From a bacterium (GTDB taxonomy: Bacteria; UBA8248), in NCBI GenBank assembly GCA_965199855.1, contig OZ241326.1, positions 2,979,535-3,043,534 of the forward strand: a stretch of 64,000 bases of DNA. The letters are read 5' to 3'. Under the pieces are notes generated by a model. That model worked only from the letters and a program-made list of their open reading frames with translations. It did not search any database and was not told the DNA's origin. Of this stretch, positions 38,391-47,533 are shown in pieces (position 1 is the first letter of the stretch; each line of letters begins with the position of its first letter). A program made the position numbers and the translations under genes.

Positions 38391-39293
38391 CTAATCCACG
38401 AACTCGGCAAAACTACCGTTTCCATTTGGCTGAATAGCGTATTTGAACAGTAATTTATCTTCATCATCCCCTCGACTGTCATCTTGGACAGCCAGCACCT
38501 GCAAAGCGGCGTAGAAACCATGGACGTTCCGCAGGACGACAACCTGCCCGCGTCTGGGATTTCGGACGCGGGAGGTGTAATCAAGCAACTCCGCATCGAG
38601 GACATTCGAGATGCAAGAGCTTGCAGGGGCCAGCGCGACACCATTGATTGAGGGAGGATCATGATAAATATAGATGCTTCTGTCGCTCGCCTTACTCCAG
38701 CACGTTTCAAATTCCATTTGTCCACGACCAATAACATAACGACCATTATAGCCACTGTAATCGAACTCAACTTCGCCAGTCAGAGAAGCCATCCGAGGAG
38801 GCGACACGCGCGAAGCCTTACTCGCGAAAGGCATGATCCCGATCTTCTCGGCGATCATCGCTCCAAGTTCTTCCGGCGTATGCTTATCGGCGCGTTCGTA
38901 TCTGATGGAATTCGATAAACCGGGAACAGGCGTGTCGTCAAAGCGCACCGGCAGAACGGCCTCGGATTTCTCCTGCACAACACGACTCAATATCGAGCGT
39001 CTTTCGTGTCGCGGCCAAGCCTTTTCAACATACTCTTCAGATATAAACATCACTACGATAGCAGCTCCATGCTCAAATACCTCTTGCAATTCTTCGGTGA
39101 GATCTTTTCCCCAGAGTCCGAGAGCCTCAAAGGCATCGTAGAATACAGAGATTCCCCTGCCCTTAAGGGCTTCAGCAACAAGCTCGACATACTCGCGTTG
39201 CTCTCCGGCGAAAGATAAGCCTACATCGTATTGCTTATTTTCAGCCTTCATTCCAAGGCCATCATCAAGCCGCCGCACGTTCACAGTCGCCAT
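38391..39293 (-). CDS. TIR-domain protein with an uncharacterised C-terminal domain
   Basis: YDVGLSFAGEQREYVE.VA..L...GISVFYD, LWGKDL, MFISEEY..KAWPRHE (catalytic Glu position), LPVRFDD; clearly lower GC; AAGGAGG RBS. Confidence 0.85.
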   Translation of the reverse strand: MATVNVRRLDDGLGMKAENKQYDVGLSFAGEQREYVELVAEALKGRGISVFYDAFEALGLWGKDLTEELQEVFEHGAAIVVMFISEEYVEKAWPRHERRSILSRVVQEKSEAVLPVRFDDTPVPGLSNSIRYERADKHTPEELGAMIAEKIGIMPFASKASRVSPPRMASLTGEVEFDYSGYNGRYVIGRGQMEFETCWSKASDRSIYIYHDPPSINGVALAPASSCISNVLDAELLDYTSRVRNPRRGQVVVLRNVHGFYAALQVLAVQDDSRGDDEDKLLFKYAIQPNGNGSFAEFVD

Positions 39294-39385
39294 GAATGCC
39301 CCTCCTTGAAAATATAAGAGCCATCAAAATGACAGCGTTCATCGCCCGCGCGCGCAAGGCCACAGGGGCTTGCGCCGCCGCGCCG

Positions 39386-39736
39386 TCATTCCGCGGCCTC
39401 ATCCGCCTCGTTCAGGTAGGACTGAAAATCCCCGGGAATCCGCGAGATGAAGCCCAGGACGCGATCCAGCGCGATGAACTCCATATCCTCCGGATCATCC
39501 TCGACCTCGGCCCTCAGCCCGGCGAGGGCGGCGAGATACGCCTCGGCCACGGGACCGGGGGAGGCGTCCTTCTTCCCGGTCGGCGCCTCGTCCGCCTCGA
39601 CGAACCCGGCGAACGCGCCCACCTCGTAGGAGATGAAGCAGAATGCGTGGTGCAGCGCCTTCTCCTCGACGCTCCCCTCCCCCCGGGCGTCCTTCCTCAG
39701 GTCGTTCAGCTTCGCCAGAACGGGCTCTGTCCTCAA
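39386..39736 (-). CDS. Hypothetical protein with a two-fold internal repeat
   Basis: TTG start after GGGAGG; LAKLNDLR...EEKALHHAFCFIS....F vs LAALAGLR...EFIALDRVLGFIS....F. Confidence 0.55.
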   Translation of the reverse strand: MRTEPVLAKLNDLRKDARGEGSVEEKALHHAFCFISYEVGAFAGFVEADEAPTGKKDASPGPVAEAYLAALAGLRAEVEDDPEDMEFIALDRVLGFISRIPGDFQSYLNEADEAAE

Positions 39737-39782
39737 CGGCGCCTCCCTTCCTTCCCGCAGGCGAGCTCTCCCGCGGCCCTCA

Positions 39783-40721
39783 TCAGGATGAACCTCCCGC
39801 GTCGCCTCGCGGCGGCTCCCGCGAAAGCGCCCGCGCCTCCACGCCCGCCATGCGCTCCAGCACCCTGACGAGGGCGATGTGGTCGAGCTCCCCCTCCCCG
39901 TTCGCCGCCAGGGCGTTGAACATCTGCGCGACGAGCGACGCGCCGGGCAGGGCGACCCCGCGCTCGCGCGCCTGCTCAAGAGCGTAGCGCAAGTCCTTTG
40001 CGTGGCTCGTCACCTTGCCGCCCGGGGAGAAGTCGCCGGAGAGAACCTTGGGCGCCTTGACCTCCAGTCCCCCGCAGCGGGCGAGGCCCGCGCCCATCGC
40101 CTCCACGAGCGCGGCGGGGTCGAGGCCGGCCTTGGCGCCGAACACGAGCGCCTCGCCCACGCCCAGGAAGGTGACCCCCACGAGAATCTGGTTCGCCAGC
40201 TTGGCGACGCACCCCGAACCCGCCGCCTCGCCCACGTGAACCACCTTCGCCCCCAGAAGGTCGAGCAGGGGCCGGCAGCGCGCGAACAGGGGCGCGGGGC
40301 CGCCGACCATGACGGCGAGCGTCCCCGCCGCCGCGCCCTCGGGCGCGCCCGACACCGGCGCGTCGAGCATCCCCACCCCCTTCGCGCCCAGAGCCTCCGA
40401 GACGCGGGCGGCGCAGGCCGGGTCGTTGCTCGTGCAGTCCACCAGAACGCTTCCGGGCCGCATGGCGTCCGCCAGCCCGTTTTCCCCGAACACGACATCT
40501 TCCAGATCGGGGGCGTCGGGCAGCATGGTGAAGACGACGCCGGCGGCGCGGGCGACCTCGGCGGGCGAGGCGCAGGCCGCCGCGCCCTCGCGCGCGAGCT
40601 CCTCCACGGCGGGGCGGCTTCGGTTCGAGACCGAGAGGGGATGCCCCGCCGCCAGAAGGCGCCGCGCCATCGGCTTTCCCATCAGCCCCAGACCGATGAA
40701 GCCGATCGCCGCCGAAGCCAT
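39783..40721 (-). CDS. Beta-hydroxyacid dehydrogenase (2-hydroxy-3-oxopropionate reductase-like)
   Basis: IGFIGLGLMGKPMA, LDAPVSG, MVGG, KLANQ, KDL. Confidence 0.88.
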   Translation of the reverse strand: MASAAIGFIGLGLMGKPMARRLLAAGHPLSVSNRSRPAVEELAREGAAACASPAEVARAAGVVFTMLPDAPDLEDVVFGENGLADAMRPGSVLVDCTSNDPACAARVSEALGAKGVGMLDAPVSGAPEGAAAGTLAVMVGGPAPLFARCRPLLDLLGAKVVHVGEAAGSGCVAKLANQILVGVTFLGVGEALVFGAKAGLDPAALVEAMGAGLARCGGLEVKAPKVLSGDFSPGGKVTSHAKDLRYALEQARERGVALPGASLVAQMFNALAANGEGELDHIALVRVLERMAGVEARALSREPPRGDAGGSS

Positions 40722-40791
40722 CTCCCTCTCCCCCTCGCCGCGCGGACGCCTCGCCCGCGGTCTCCCGGATAGATGCCATTCGCTCCCGAAA

Positions 40792-40821
40792 TTGACAACC
40801 CGCGCGGGCGCGCCCTATATT
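40792..40821 (+). promoter_or_regulatory. Sigma70-like promoter for the Cache-domain gene
   Basis: TTGACA-18 nt-TATATT. Confidence 0.5.
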
Positions 40822-40875
40822 CCTCCCTCTTTTTCAGCGCCGCCGAGAGGCGAAGCCAAACCGGGAGCCCAGAAC

Positions 40876-41349
40876 ATGAAACGCGCCCTGCTCGTGAAAA
40901 GCGTCCTCGCCGCCTGCCTGCTGTCGCTCGCCGCCCCCCTCGCCGCGCGCGGCGCCGAACGCGGCACCCCCGCCCAGGCCCGGGCCATGGTGGCCCGCGC
41001 CATCGCCCTGTTCGACAAGGAGGGCGCGAAAGCCGCCTTCGATCGCTTCAACAGCCGGCCCGGCCCCGAGTTCCGCCGCGGCGACCTCTACATTTTCGTG
41101 GCGCGGGCGAAGGACGCCGTTCTCCTCGCCCACGCGGCGGACAGCTCCCTCGTCGGCCGCGACTCCACCACGCTCATCGACGCCAGAGGGCGGAACATCG
41201 GCCGCGACATTCTCGCCCGCGCCACCGGGAAGGGCGCGTGGTCGGACTACCTGTGGAAAGACCCCCTCTCGGGCAAGACCCTCGCCAAGTCCTCCTGGGT
41301 CGTCCGCCACAAGGGGCATATTTTCGGCTGCGGGGTCTATAAGCCCTAA
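40876..41349 (+). CDS. Stand-alone exported single Cache domain protein
   Basis: Signal peptide; AMVARA.....G...AF..F.....F..GDLYIFV, LAH, D..G, G.W.DY.W.DP..GK...K.S. Confidence 0.8.
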   Translation: MKRALLVKSVLAACLLSLAAPLAARGAERGTPAQARAMVARAIALFDKEGAKAAFDRFNSRPGPEFRRGDLYIFVARAKDAVLLAHAADSSLVGRDSTTLIDARGRNIGRDILARATGKGAWSDYLWKDPLSGKTLAKSSWVVRHKGHIFGCGVYKP

Positions 41350-41395
41350 AACGCCCCCGGGGAGTCCGCCGCCGCTCCGGGAGCGTCCCGCCCCA

Positions 41396-42238
41396 TCACC
41401 GGGACAGCGCCAGCTCCCGGGCGCGAAGAAGCGCGGGCTTCGCGGTTTCGAGAAAATACCTGCTCCGGGGCCGGCTCCAGCTACCCTTGCCAAGTGTTGA
41501 GGGATGATGCAGGCCGCACGCCACGGCCCGAACGCGGCCTATCTCCGCGCGTCCGACATTTTGATTTTCGTCAATCCATTCGCAACTGTCGGCGACATGA
41601 TCTACAAACGCTTGTTTCGTTGACGCTCCCTGCTTTCGTGCTCCCTGCGTGTGAATAATGGTTGGCTCAAGCAGCTCTATCGTTTTCCGAAGATGCGAGG
41701 CGCAATTCTCGAACATCTTGCCGGTTGGGCTACCGCTTCTCGATTGCCTGCCGTTTCTCAACTTGCGAACCAGACCGGTCGAGCACAGGCTCGCGTTGGC
41801 CATCGCGTAGGCGTCGAGAACGCGCAGGCCGTCCGCGACCATTTCCTCCTCTCCCGGCTCAAGGCCTAAGAGCGTCTGCAGCGCGAGCGTCACCCCCTTC
41901 ATGTGCGGGTTGCGCTCCGTGAACGGTTCATCGCGCCTATCGCGGATTTGCTCGCCCCGCTTCCCGATGGTTACGCATTCTTCGGTTTCCCCCGTCTGTA
42001 TGGAAACCACGAGAATCCGCATCGATCGGCCGTCCAGGGCGGCCGCATACCCCGCGCCGACGTAGCTCAGCTGGCCCTTGGCGAAATAATGTCCCTCCCT
42101 CACGGATGATTCGCAATCTTCGTATTTTTCACAGCAGAAGCGGTTTGACCCAGGTTCGAGTATCGCGCCGCAATACTCCTCCAGGCTCCGGCGGTATTCT
42201 TTTGAGCGGCTGCGGTCAAACGTCATACCCAATCGCAT
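41396..42238 (-). CDS. Uracil-DNA glycosylase-superfamily-like protein (atypical)
   Basis: YVG..Y, RILVV, AMAN..LCS, PTGKMFENC..HL...IELLEPTIIHTQG, C-terminal HHPS; lower GC. Confidence 0.6.
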   Translation of the reverse strand: MRLGMTFDRSRSKEYRRSLEEYCGAILEPGSNRFCCEKYEDCESSVREGHYFAKGQLSYVGAGYAAALDGRSMRILVVSIQTGETEECVTIGKRGEQIRDRRDEPFTERNPHMKGVTLALQTLLGLEPGEEEMVADGLRVLDAYAMANASLCSTGLVRKLRNGRQSRSGSPTGKMFENCASHLRKTIELLEPTIIHTQGARKQGASTKQAFVDHVADSCEWIDENQNVGRAEIGRVRAVACGLHHPSTLGKGSWSRPRSRYFLETAKPALLRARELALSR

Positions 42239-42366
42239 GGCCCTCCCCCGCGTCCAACGTTCAGGATGCGTCGCCCCCCATCGCGGCTTCCGGGGCGGCG
42301 CGCGTCACATTTTCCCGCGAATGATGGTAGAATGGCCGCGTGACGGGAGCAATCCGGGAGAGCGGC

Positions 42367-43194
42367 ATGACGAACGCCGAATGCGACGCCGAACTGAACA
42401 AATACCTGCGGCTCGCCTCGTTTCCGGTGGCGGTGAAGTTTCTGGAATCCTGGGAGGAGGCGCCGCCCCGGACGAAGCGGCCCGCGCGGGACCTGGGCAA
42501 CCGGTTCACCACCTGCCAAGCGGTCTCCATGGCGCGGCGCTACGGCTGGGCGCTGGCGCTCGGGCGCGAGGACAGCAGCTGCGTGCTGGGCGCGATGGCG
42601 CTCGGCCTCGAGAAGCGCCTGCCCCACTACGCCGAGGGCAACCTGTGCATCGACCTCTACACGGAGAGCCTGGAGGCCGGCCGCCTGAGCGAGGAGAGCG
42701 TCCCCCGGCTTCCCGAGGGGAAATGCGTGGGCGTCCTCGTTGCGCCGCTTCACCGCGCCGCCTTCGCGCCCGACTCCATCGTCATCTACGGCAACGGGGC
42801 GCAGGTCATGCGCCTGGGCCAGGCCTGGCTCTGGAAGCGCGGCGGAACGCTCTCCAGCGAGTTCCGGGGCAGAATCGACTGCGCGGACCTCGCCATCGCC
42901 CCGCACCTGAGCGGCGAGCCGCAGATGGTCGTCCCCTGCACCGGGGATCGCATCTTCGGCCAGACGCAGGACGACGAGGTGGCGTTCTCCTTCCCCTACG
43001 CCGCGATGGAGGAGATTCTCGCGGGGCTCGCCGCCACCCACAAGGCGGGGGCGGCGCGCTACCCGGTGACGAACTGGCTCAACTACGCGGGCGGCTTCCC
43101 GCCCGCCTACGAGCGATACCGGGAGATGCTGGAGGAAGAAGCGGGGGAGGCGGACGCCGCGCCCGCGAAAGACGCCGGGGAGGCGAAGGGATGA
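42367..43194 (+). CDS. DUF169 domain protein
   Basis: PVAVKF, TTCQAVSMAR..G, C..GA.A.G, PD..VIYGN.AQVMRL, CAD, PC.GDR.FG. Confidence 0.8.
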   Translation: MTNAECDAELNKYLRLASFPVAVKFLESWEEAPPRTKRPARDLGNRFTTCQAVSMARRYGWALALGREDSSCVLGAMALGLEKRLPHYAEGNLCIDLYTESLEAGRLSEESVPRLPEGKCVGVLVAPLHRAAFAPDSIVIYGNGAQVMRLGQAWLWKRGGTLSSEFRGRIDCADLAIAPHLSGEPQMVVPCTGDRIFGQTQDDEVAFSFPYAAMEEILAGLAATHKAGAARYPVTNWLNYAGGFPPAYERYREMLEEEAGEADAAPAKDAGEAKG

Positions 43195-43264
43195 CGCCCC
43201 CGGTCGGGCCGGCGTCGGACGCGCCCGACGCGGCGCGTACTTCATTCGTGAACGGGAGCGAAAC

Positions 43265-43690
43265 GTGAAGAAACCGGACGGAGAAGGCGAGGCGGGCGCC
43301 ACGCCCCTGCACCGCGCGGCGCTGCTCAGCGAAACGCCGGTGGTCGTGGAGGCGCTGGCGCGGGAGGGCGCGGACGTGAACGCGCGCGACGCCAAGGGGC
43401 GCGTCCCCCTGCACTGGGCGGCGCTCTTCAGCGAGGCGCCGGGCGTCGTGGAGGCGCTGGTGAAGGCCGGCGCCGAGGTGGACGCGCGCGATGAGGACGG
43501 GATGACGCCCCTGCACGGAGCGGCGCGGCACTGCGGGACGCCGGAGATTCTGACGGCGCTTCTCGACGCGGGCGCCGACCCGGCGGCGAAGGACGGCGCG
43601 GGCAGGACGCCCTGGGATCACGTCCCGGCGAATTCCCCGCTCCGGGGGTCGGAACCCCATCGCCGCCTGGAGGAGGGACGAGGGGGGTAG
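43265..43690 (+). CDS. Ankyrin repeat protein
   Basis: Three 33-aa repeats G.TPLH.AA......VVEAL...GA.V.ARD plus a terminal GRTPWD. Confidence 0.85.
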   Translation: MKKPDGEGEAGATPLHRAALLSETPVVVEALAREGADVNARDAKGRVPLHWAALFSEAPGVVEALVKAGAEVDARDEDGMTPLHGAARHCGTPEILTALLDAGADPAAKDGAGRTPWDHVPANSPLRGSEPHRRLEEGRGG

Positions 43691-43997
43691 CCTCGGGCGG
43701 GAGACCGGAAGGAGCGGCGGGCGCGCCCCCGGATTTCGCCGAAAGCCTTGCTCCCCGAAACGTCCCGGTGGTAGGGTTTCGGGCGAATCGCCCGCGAACG
43801 CGCGAGCTTTACGCTGATTCCGCCGGCTCGAAAAGCGCGACGCCCCCCGCGCTCCTGACGGGGCTTGCGTCCGCGCGGCCTCAAAGCCGCGCCCGGGGAG
43901 AGCTTCGGGGCGAACGCCCTCGCGCCATTTCCGCCGCGCGGGCGGCGCGAAGAGGAGCCGCGTCGCCCGCGCCGACGGCGAAAAGACAGAGACCTCG

Positions 43998-44993
43998 ATG
44001 GATGAATTCTGGAAATCCCGCAACGTGTTCGTCACCGGCTGCACCGGCCTTCTCGGAGGCTGGCTGGTGGACGAGCTGCTGCGCGAAGGGGCGAACGTCG
44101 TCGGCCTCATACGGGATTGGGTTCCGGAATCGAGAGTCATTTCGGAAGGCGCCCTGGAGAAAATATCCTCCGTCCGGGGAGCCGTGGAGGATCTGGCCGT
44201 CGTCGAGCGGGCGCTCAACGAATACGAGATCGACACCGTCTTCCATCTCGCCGCCCAGACGATCGTCACCATCGCCAACAGGAACCCCCTCTCGACTTTC
44301 GAGACCAACGTCAAGGGAACCTGGACGCTGCTGGAGGGATGCAGGCGCTGCCCGACGGTGAAGGGCGTCGTCGTCGCGTCCAGCGACAAGGCTTACGGCG
44401 CGCAAGCTTCCCTCCCCTACGCGGAATCCGCGCCGATGAACGGGGCATTCCCCTACGACGCGTCGAAGAGCTGCGCGGACATCATCGCGCGCTCATACGC
44501 GAGCTCCTTTCAGCTGCCGGTGTGCGTCACCCGATGCGGCAATTTCTTCGGCGGCGGCGACCTGAACGGGAGCCGCATCGTCCCCGGGACGATTCGCTCC
44601 GTTCTGGAGGGCGAGGCGCCGGTCATCCGCAGCGACGGGACCTACGTCCGCGACTACATCTACGCGCGCGACGGCGCGGCGGCCTGCCTGCTGCTGGCGC
44701 GGAAGATGCGGGAGCTCGGCCTTGCGGGGGAGGCCTTCAACTTCAGCTACGAGGTTCGCCTCACCGCGCGGGAGATGGTGGAGAAAATTCTCGCGCTGAT
44801 GGGGGCGGCGGCCCTCTCGCCCGTCGTCCTGAACCAGGCGGCGAACGAGATTCCCGAGCAGTACCTGGATTCCGCCAAGGCGCGCGCCGTCCTGGACTGG
44901 CGCCCCTCGTTCGGGCTGGACGAGGGGCTTCTGGAGACGATTCGCTGGTATGAGGAGCGCATCGGCCAGGAGAGGGCCTTCATCCGTGATTGA
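43998..44993 (+). CDS. rfbG: CDP-glucose 4,6-dehydratase-like NAD-dependent epimerase/dehydratase
   Basis: FW...[38 protein letters not shown]...SRIVP. Confidence 0.8.
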   Translation: MDEFWKSRNVFVTGCTGLLGGWLVDELLREGANVVGLIRDWVPESRVISEGALEKISSVRGAVEDLAVVERALNEYEIDTVFHLAAQTIVTIANRNPLSTFETNVKGTWTLLEGCRRCPTVKGVVVASSDKAYGAQASLPYAESAPMNGAFPYDASKSCADIIARSYASSFQLPVCVTRCGNFFGGGDLNGSRIVPGTIRSVLEGEAPVIRSDGTYVRDYIYARDGAAACLLLARKMRELGLAGEAFNFSYEVRLTAREMVEKILALMGAAALSPVVLNQAANEIPEQYLDSAKARAVLDWRPSFGLDEGLLETIRWYEERIGQERAFIRD

Positions 44994-45435
44994 GGGCGTC
45001 ATCGTCAAGCCGCTCGGGAAGATGCCCGACGAGCGCGGCAGCGTCATGCACATGATGCGCCGCGATGACCCGGAGTTCGAGCGCTTCGGCGAAATTTATT
45101 TTTCCGAAATCTACCCGGGCGTCATCAAGGGGTGGCACATCCACAGGGAGATGACGCTGAACTACGCCGTTCCCTGCGGCATGATCAAGCTGGTTCTCTA
45201 CGACGAGCGGGAGGAGTCGGCGACCCGAGGCGAGGTGCAGGAGATTTTCCTGGGCGACAAGAACTACGCCCTCGTCAGAATCCCCCCCCTGGTGTGGAAC
45301 GGATTCAAGGGGATGGGGAGCGCGCCCGCCATCGTGGCGAACTGCGCCACCATCCCCCATTCGCCCGATGAAATCGAACGGCTCGACCCGCTCGAGAACC
45401 ACATTCCCTATGACTGGGAGCTCAGGCACCGGTGA
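44986..45435 (+). CDS. RmlC-like NDP-4-keto-6-deoxyhexose epimerase
   Basis: [29 protein letters not shown]. Confidence 0.8.
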   Translation: MIEGVIVKPLGKMPDERGSVMHMMRRDDPEFERFGEIYFSEIYPGVIKGWHIHREMTLNYAVPCGMIKLVLYDEREESATRGEVQEIFLGDKNYALVRIPPLVWNGFKGMGSAPAIVANCATIPHSPDEIERLDPLENHIPYDWELRHR

Positions 45436-46400
45436 CGCGAGCGCCGGGAAGGATTCTCATCACCGGCGGGCTGGGCTACCTCGGCGGACGCCTCGCCCGA
45501 AGCCTGCGGGAAGCGCTGCCCGCCGGGAACATCCGCCTCCTCACCCGAAAAGACCCCGCCGCCAGACCGGCGTGGACTGATTCGTTCGAGGTTTTTCAGG
45601 CGGACGTCCGCCATGCGGAGAGCATTCCGCCCTGCCTCGAGTCCGTAGAGACCGTGATTCACCTCGCCGCCATGAACGAGGCGCGCTCCGCGGAATCCCC
45701 CATCGACGCTCTCGACGTCACCGCGGGCGGCGCCCTCCGGCTCCTGGAAGCGGCGAAGCGCGCGAAGGTTCGCCGGATTCTCTACCTCTCCACCATCCAC
45801 GTATACGGGCCCATCGCCGGCGAGCATATCTCCGAAAGCAGCCTGCCCCGCCCCGTCCACCCCTACGCCGTCACGCACCTCTCGGCGGAGGACTTCATCG
45901 CCGCCGCCGCGCGCAACGGAGAGATGGAAACCCTCATTTTCCGCTATTCCAACGGCTACGGCTGCCCGGCGGACCCCGGCGTGGACAGGTGGACGCTGGT
46001 TTTCCTGGATCTCTGCCGCCAAGCCGCGCGGCGGGGAGCGCTCCGCCTGACCTCCTCGGGCCTCGCCCACCGCGACTTCGTTTCCATCGAGGATCTGAGC
46101 CGCGCCGTCATTCTGGCGCTGGGGTGGCCGTCGGCCGACTGGAGAGGCGACGTTTACAACGTAGGCGGGGATCGCTCCATGTCCATCCTCGAGCTCGCCG
46201 AAAAAATATCGGCGGAATACGCCGCAATCCACGGCAGGGCGCTCCCCCTGTCCGCCGGCGCGGAAAAAGGCCCGGCGGACAACCTGCCCGTCCGGTTCGA
46301 TATTTCCAAACTCAGGGCGAAGGGCTATAATCCGCGGCACGAATGGAGCAGGGAGATAAGAGACACCCTCGAGATGTGCGAAAAAGCTCCTTCCCGCTGA
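45432..46400 (+). CDS. NAD-dependent epimerase/reductase (extended SDR)
   Basis: ILITGGLGYLG, HLAA, STIHVYG, HPYAVTH, RDFV, YNVGG. Confidence 0.82.
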   Translation: MTRAPGRILITGGLGYLGGRLARSLREALPAGNIRLLTRKDPAARPAWTDSFEVFQADVRHAESIPPCLESVETVIHLAAMNEARSAESPIDALDVTAGGALRLLEAAKRAKVRRILYLSTIHVYGPIAGEHISESSLPRPVHPYAVTHLSAEDFIAAAARNGEMETLIFRYSNGYGCPADPGVDRWTLVFLDLCRQAARRGALRLTSSGLAHRDFVSIEDLSRAVILALGWPSADWRGDVYNVGGDRSMSILELAEKISAEYAAIHGRALPLSAGAEKGPADNLPVRFDISKLRAKGYNPRHEWSREIRDTLEMCEKAPSR

Positions 46401-46421
46401 GCCGCGGGGACGGGAGGATAC

Positions 46422-47372
46422 GTGCCCTCCGTAAGCGTCGTGATGCCCACGCACAACCGCGCCGACCTCATCGGCGAGGCGATTCGCTCCGCGCTCGATC
46501 AAACCTTCCAAGACTTCGACGTCCACGTCATCGACAACGGCTCGACCGACGACACGAAGGAGGTCGTGGAATCGTTCGGCGACGAGAGGCTGAACTACTT
46601 CTGGAAGGAGGACAGCGGCCTCCCCGCGGACTCCCGCAACGTCGGCATCGCCCGCTCGAGGGGAGAATTCGTCGCCTTTCTGGATTCGGACGACCTATGG
46701 CTTCCCGACAAGCTGGAGCGTCAGGTGGAGGCCATGAGAGCGAACCCGAACTGCGGACTCGTCGCCTGCAACTACGCCTGGGCCGGCGAACATCCCCTGG
46801 CCGGAAGGGCTGTCCTGCGAAGGAGCATTCCCACCGGCAAGGTGTTCGAGAAGCTGCTGTACGTGAATTTCATATCCACTTCCATGGCGATGGCGCGCCG
46901 CTCCGCGCTTGAAAAGGTGGGATTGTTCCACATCGACCCCGCCATTAACTGCTCCGAGGATTTCGACCTCTGGCTGAGAATCACCCATGATTTTGAATTC
47001 GAGTACATAGAGCAGGTCGGCGGCCTCTACAGGATACACGAATCGAATCTGGGCGAAGGCGGCGCCTCCGCGAGGTCCGTCCTCTCCCCCGTTCGCGTCG
47101 TGGAGAGAGTCCACGAGATGTACCGCCTGCCCCGAAAGCTGCGGGATTCCGCATTGGCCGAACACTACGCGAAGCAGGCGTTTCATTTTCTGCTCATGGG
47201 CGACGCCGCGCGGTTTCGGGAATCCCTCCGGCAGGGCGCCAGGCGCCGCTGGACGATAAAGGGCGTCGGGCTTCGGCTGGGGCGCGCCCTGCTGGGGACG
47301 AGCGGCCTCATCCGGCTTTTCCGCTTCCTCCGCTCCCGGGGGCTGAACCCCGGGAATCCCTACGTTCGCTGA
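46422..47372 (+). CDS. Glycosyltransferase family 2
   Basis: VSVVMPTHN, IDNGSTD, RNVGI, FLDSDDLW, EDFDLW. Confidence 0.88.
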   Translation: MPSVSVVMPTHNRADLIGEAIRSALDQTFQDFDVHVIDNGSTDDTKEVVESFGDERLNYFWKEDSGLPADSRNVGIARSRGEFVAFLDSDDLWLPDKLERQVEAMRANPNCGLVACNYAWAGEHPLAGRAVLRRSIPTGKVFEKLLYVNFISTSMAMARRSALEKVGLFHIDPAINCSEDFDLWLRITHDFEFEYIEQVGGLYRIHESNLGEGGASARSVLSPVRVVERVHEMYRLPRKLRDSALAEHYAKQAFHFLLMGDAARFRESLRQGARRRWTIKGVGLRLGRALLGTSGLIRLFRFLRSRGLNPGNPYVR

Positions 47373-47533
47373 AGCGAGCGGCGAAAAGACCCCCCAGGCC
47401 CGCAAGGGCCGCGCGGACAGCCCTCCCCGCCCGGCTTGACGATTCAAGGCGAGACGCTATGCTTCACTTCACGAGCGGCGCGCGGAGCTTGCGCGAAAAC
47501 TCTCATGCGCCGAATGGAAATCCGGAGGCTCGA

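Noticed and set aside
43691-43997. GC-rich intergenic region upstream of the sugar cluster as an ncRNA or leader
   Set aside because: No recognisable family motif; pairing potential is expected at this GC level
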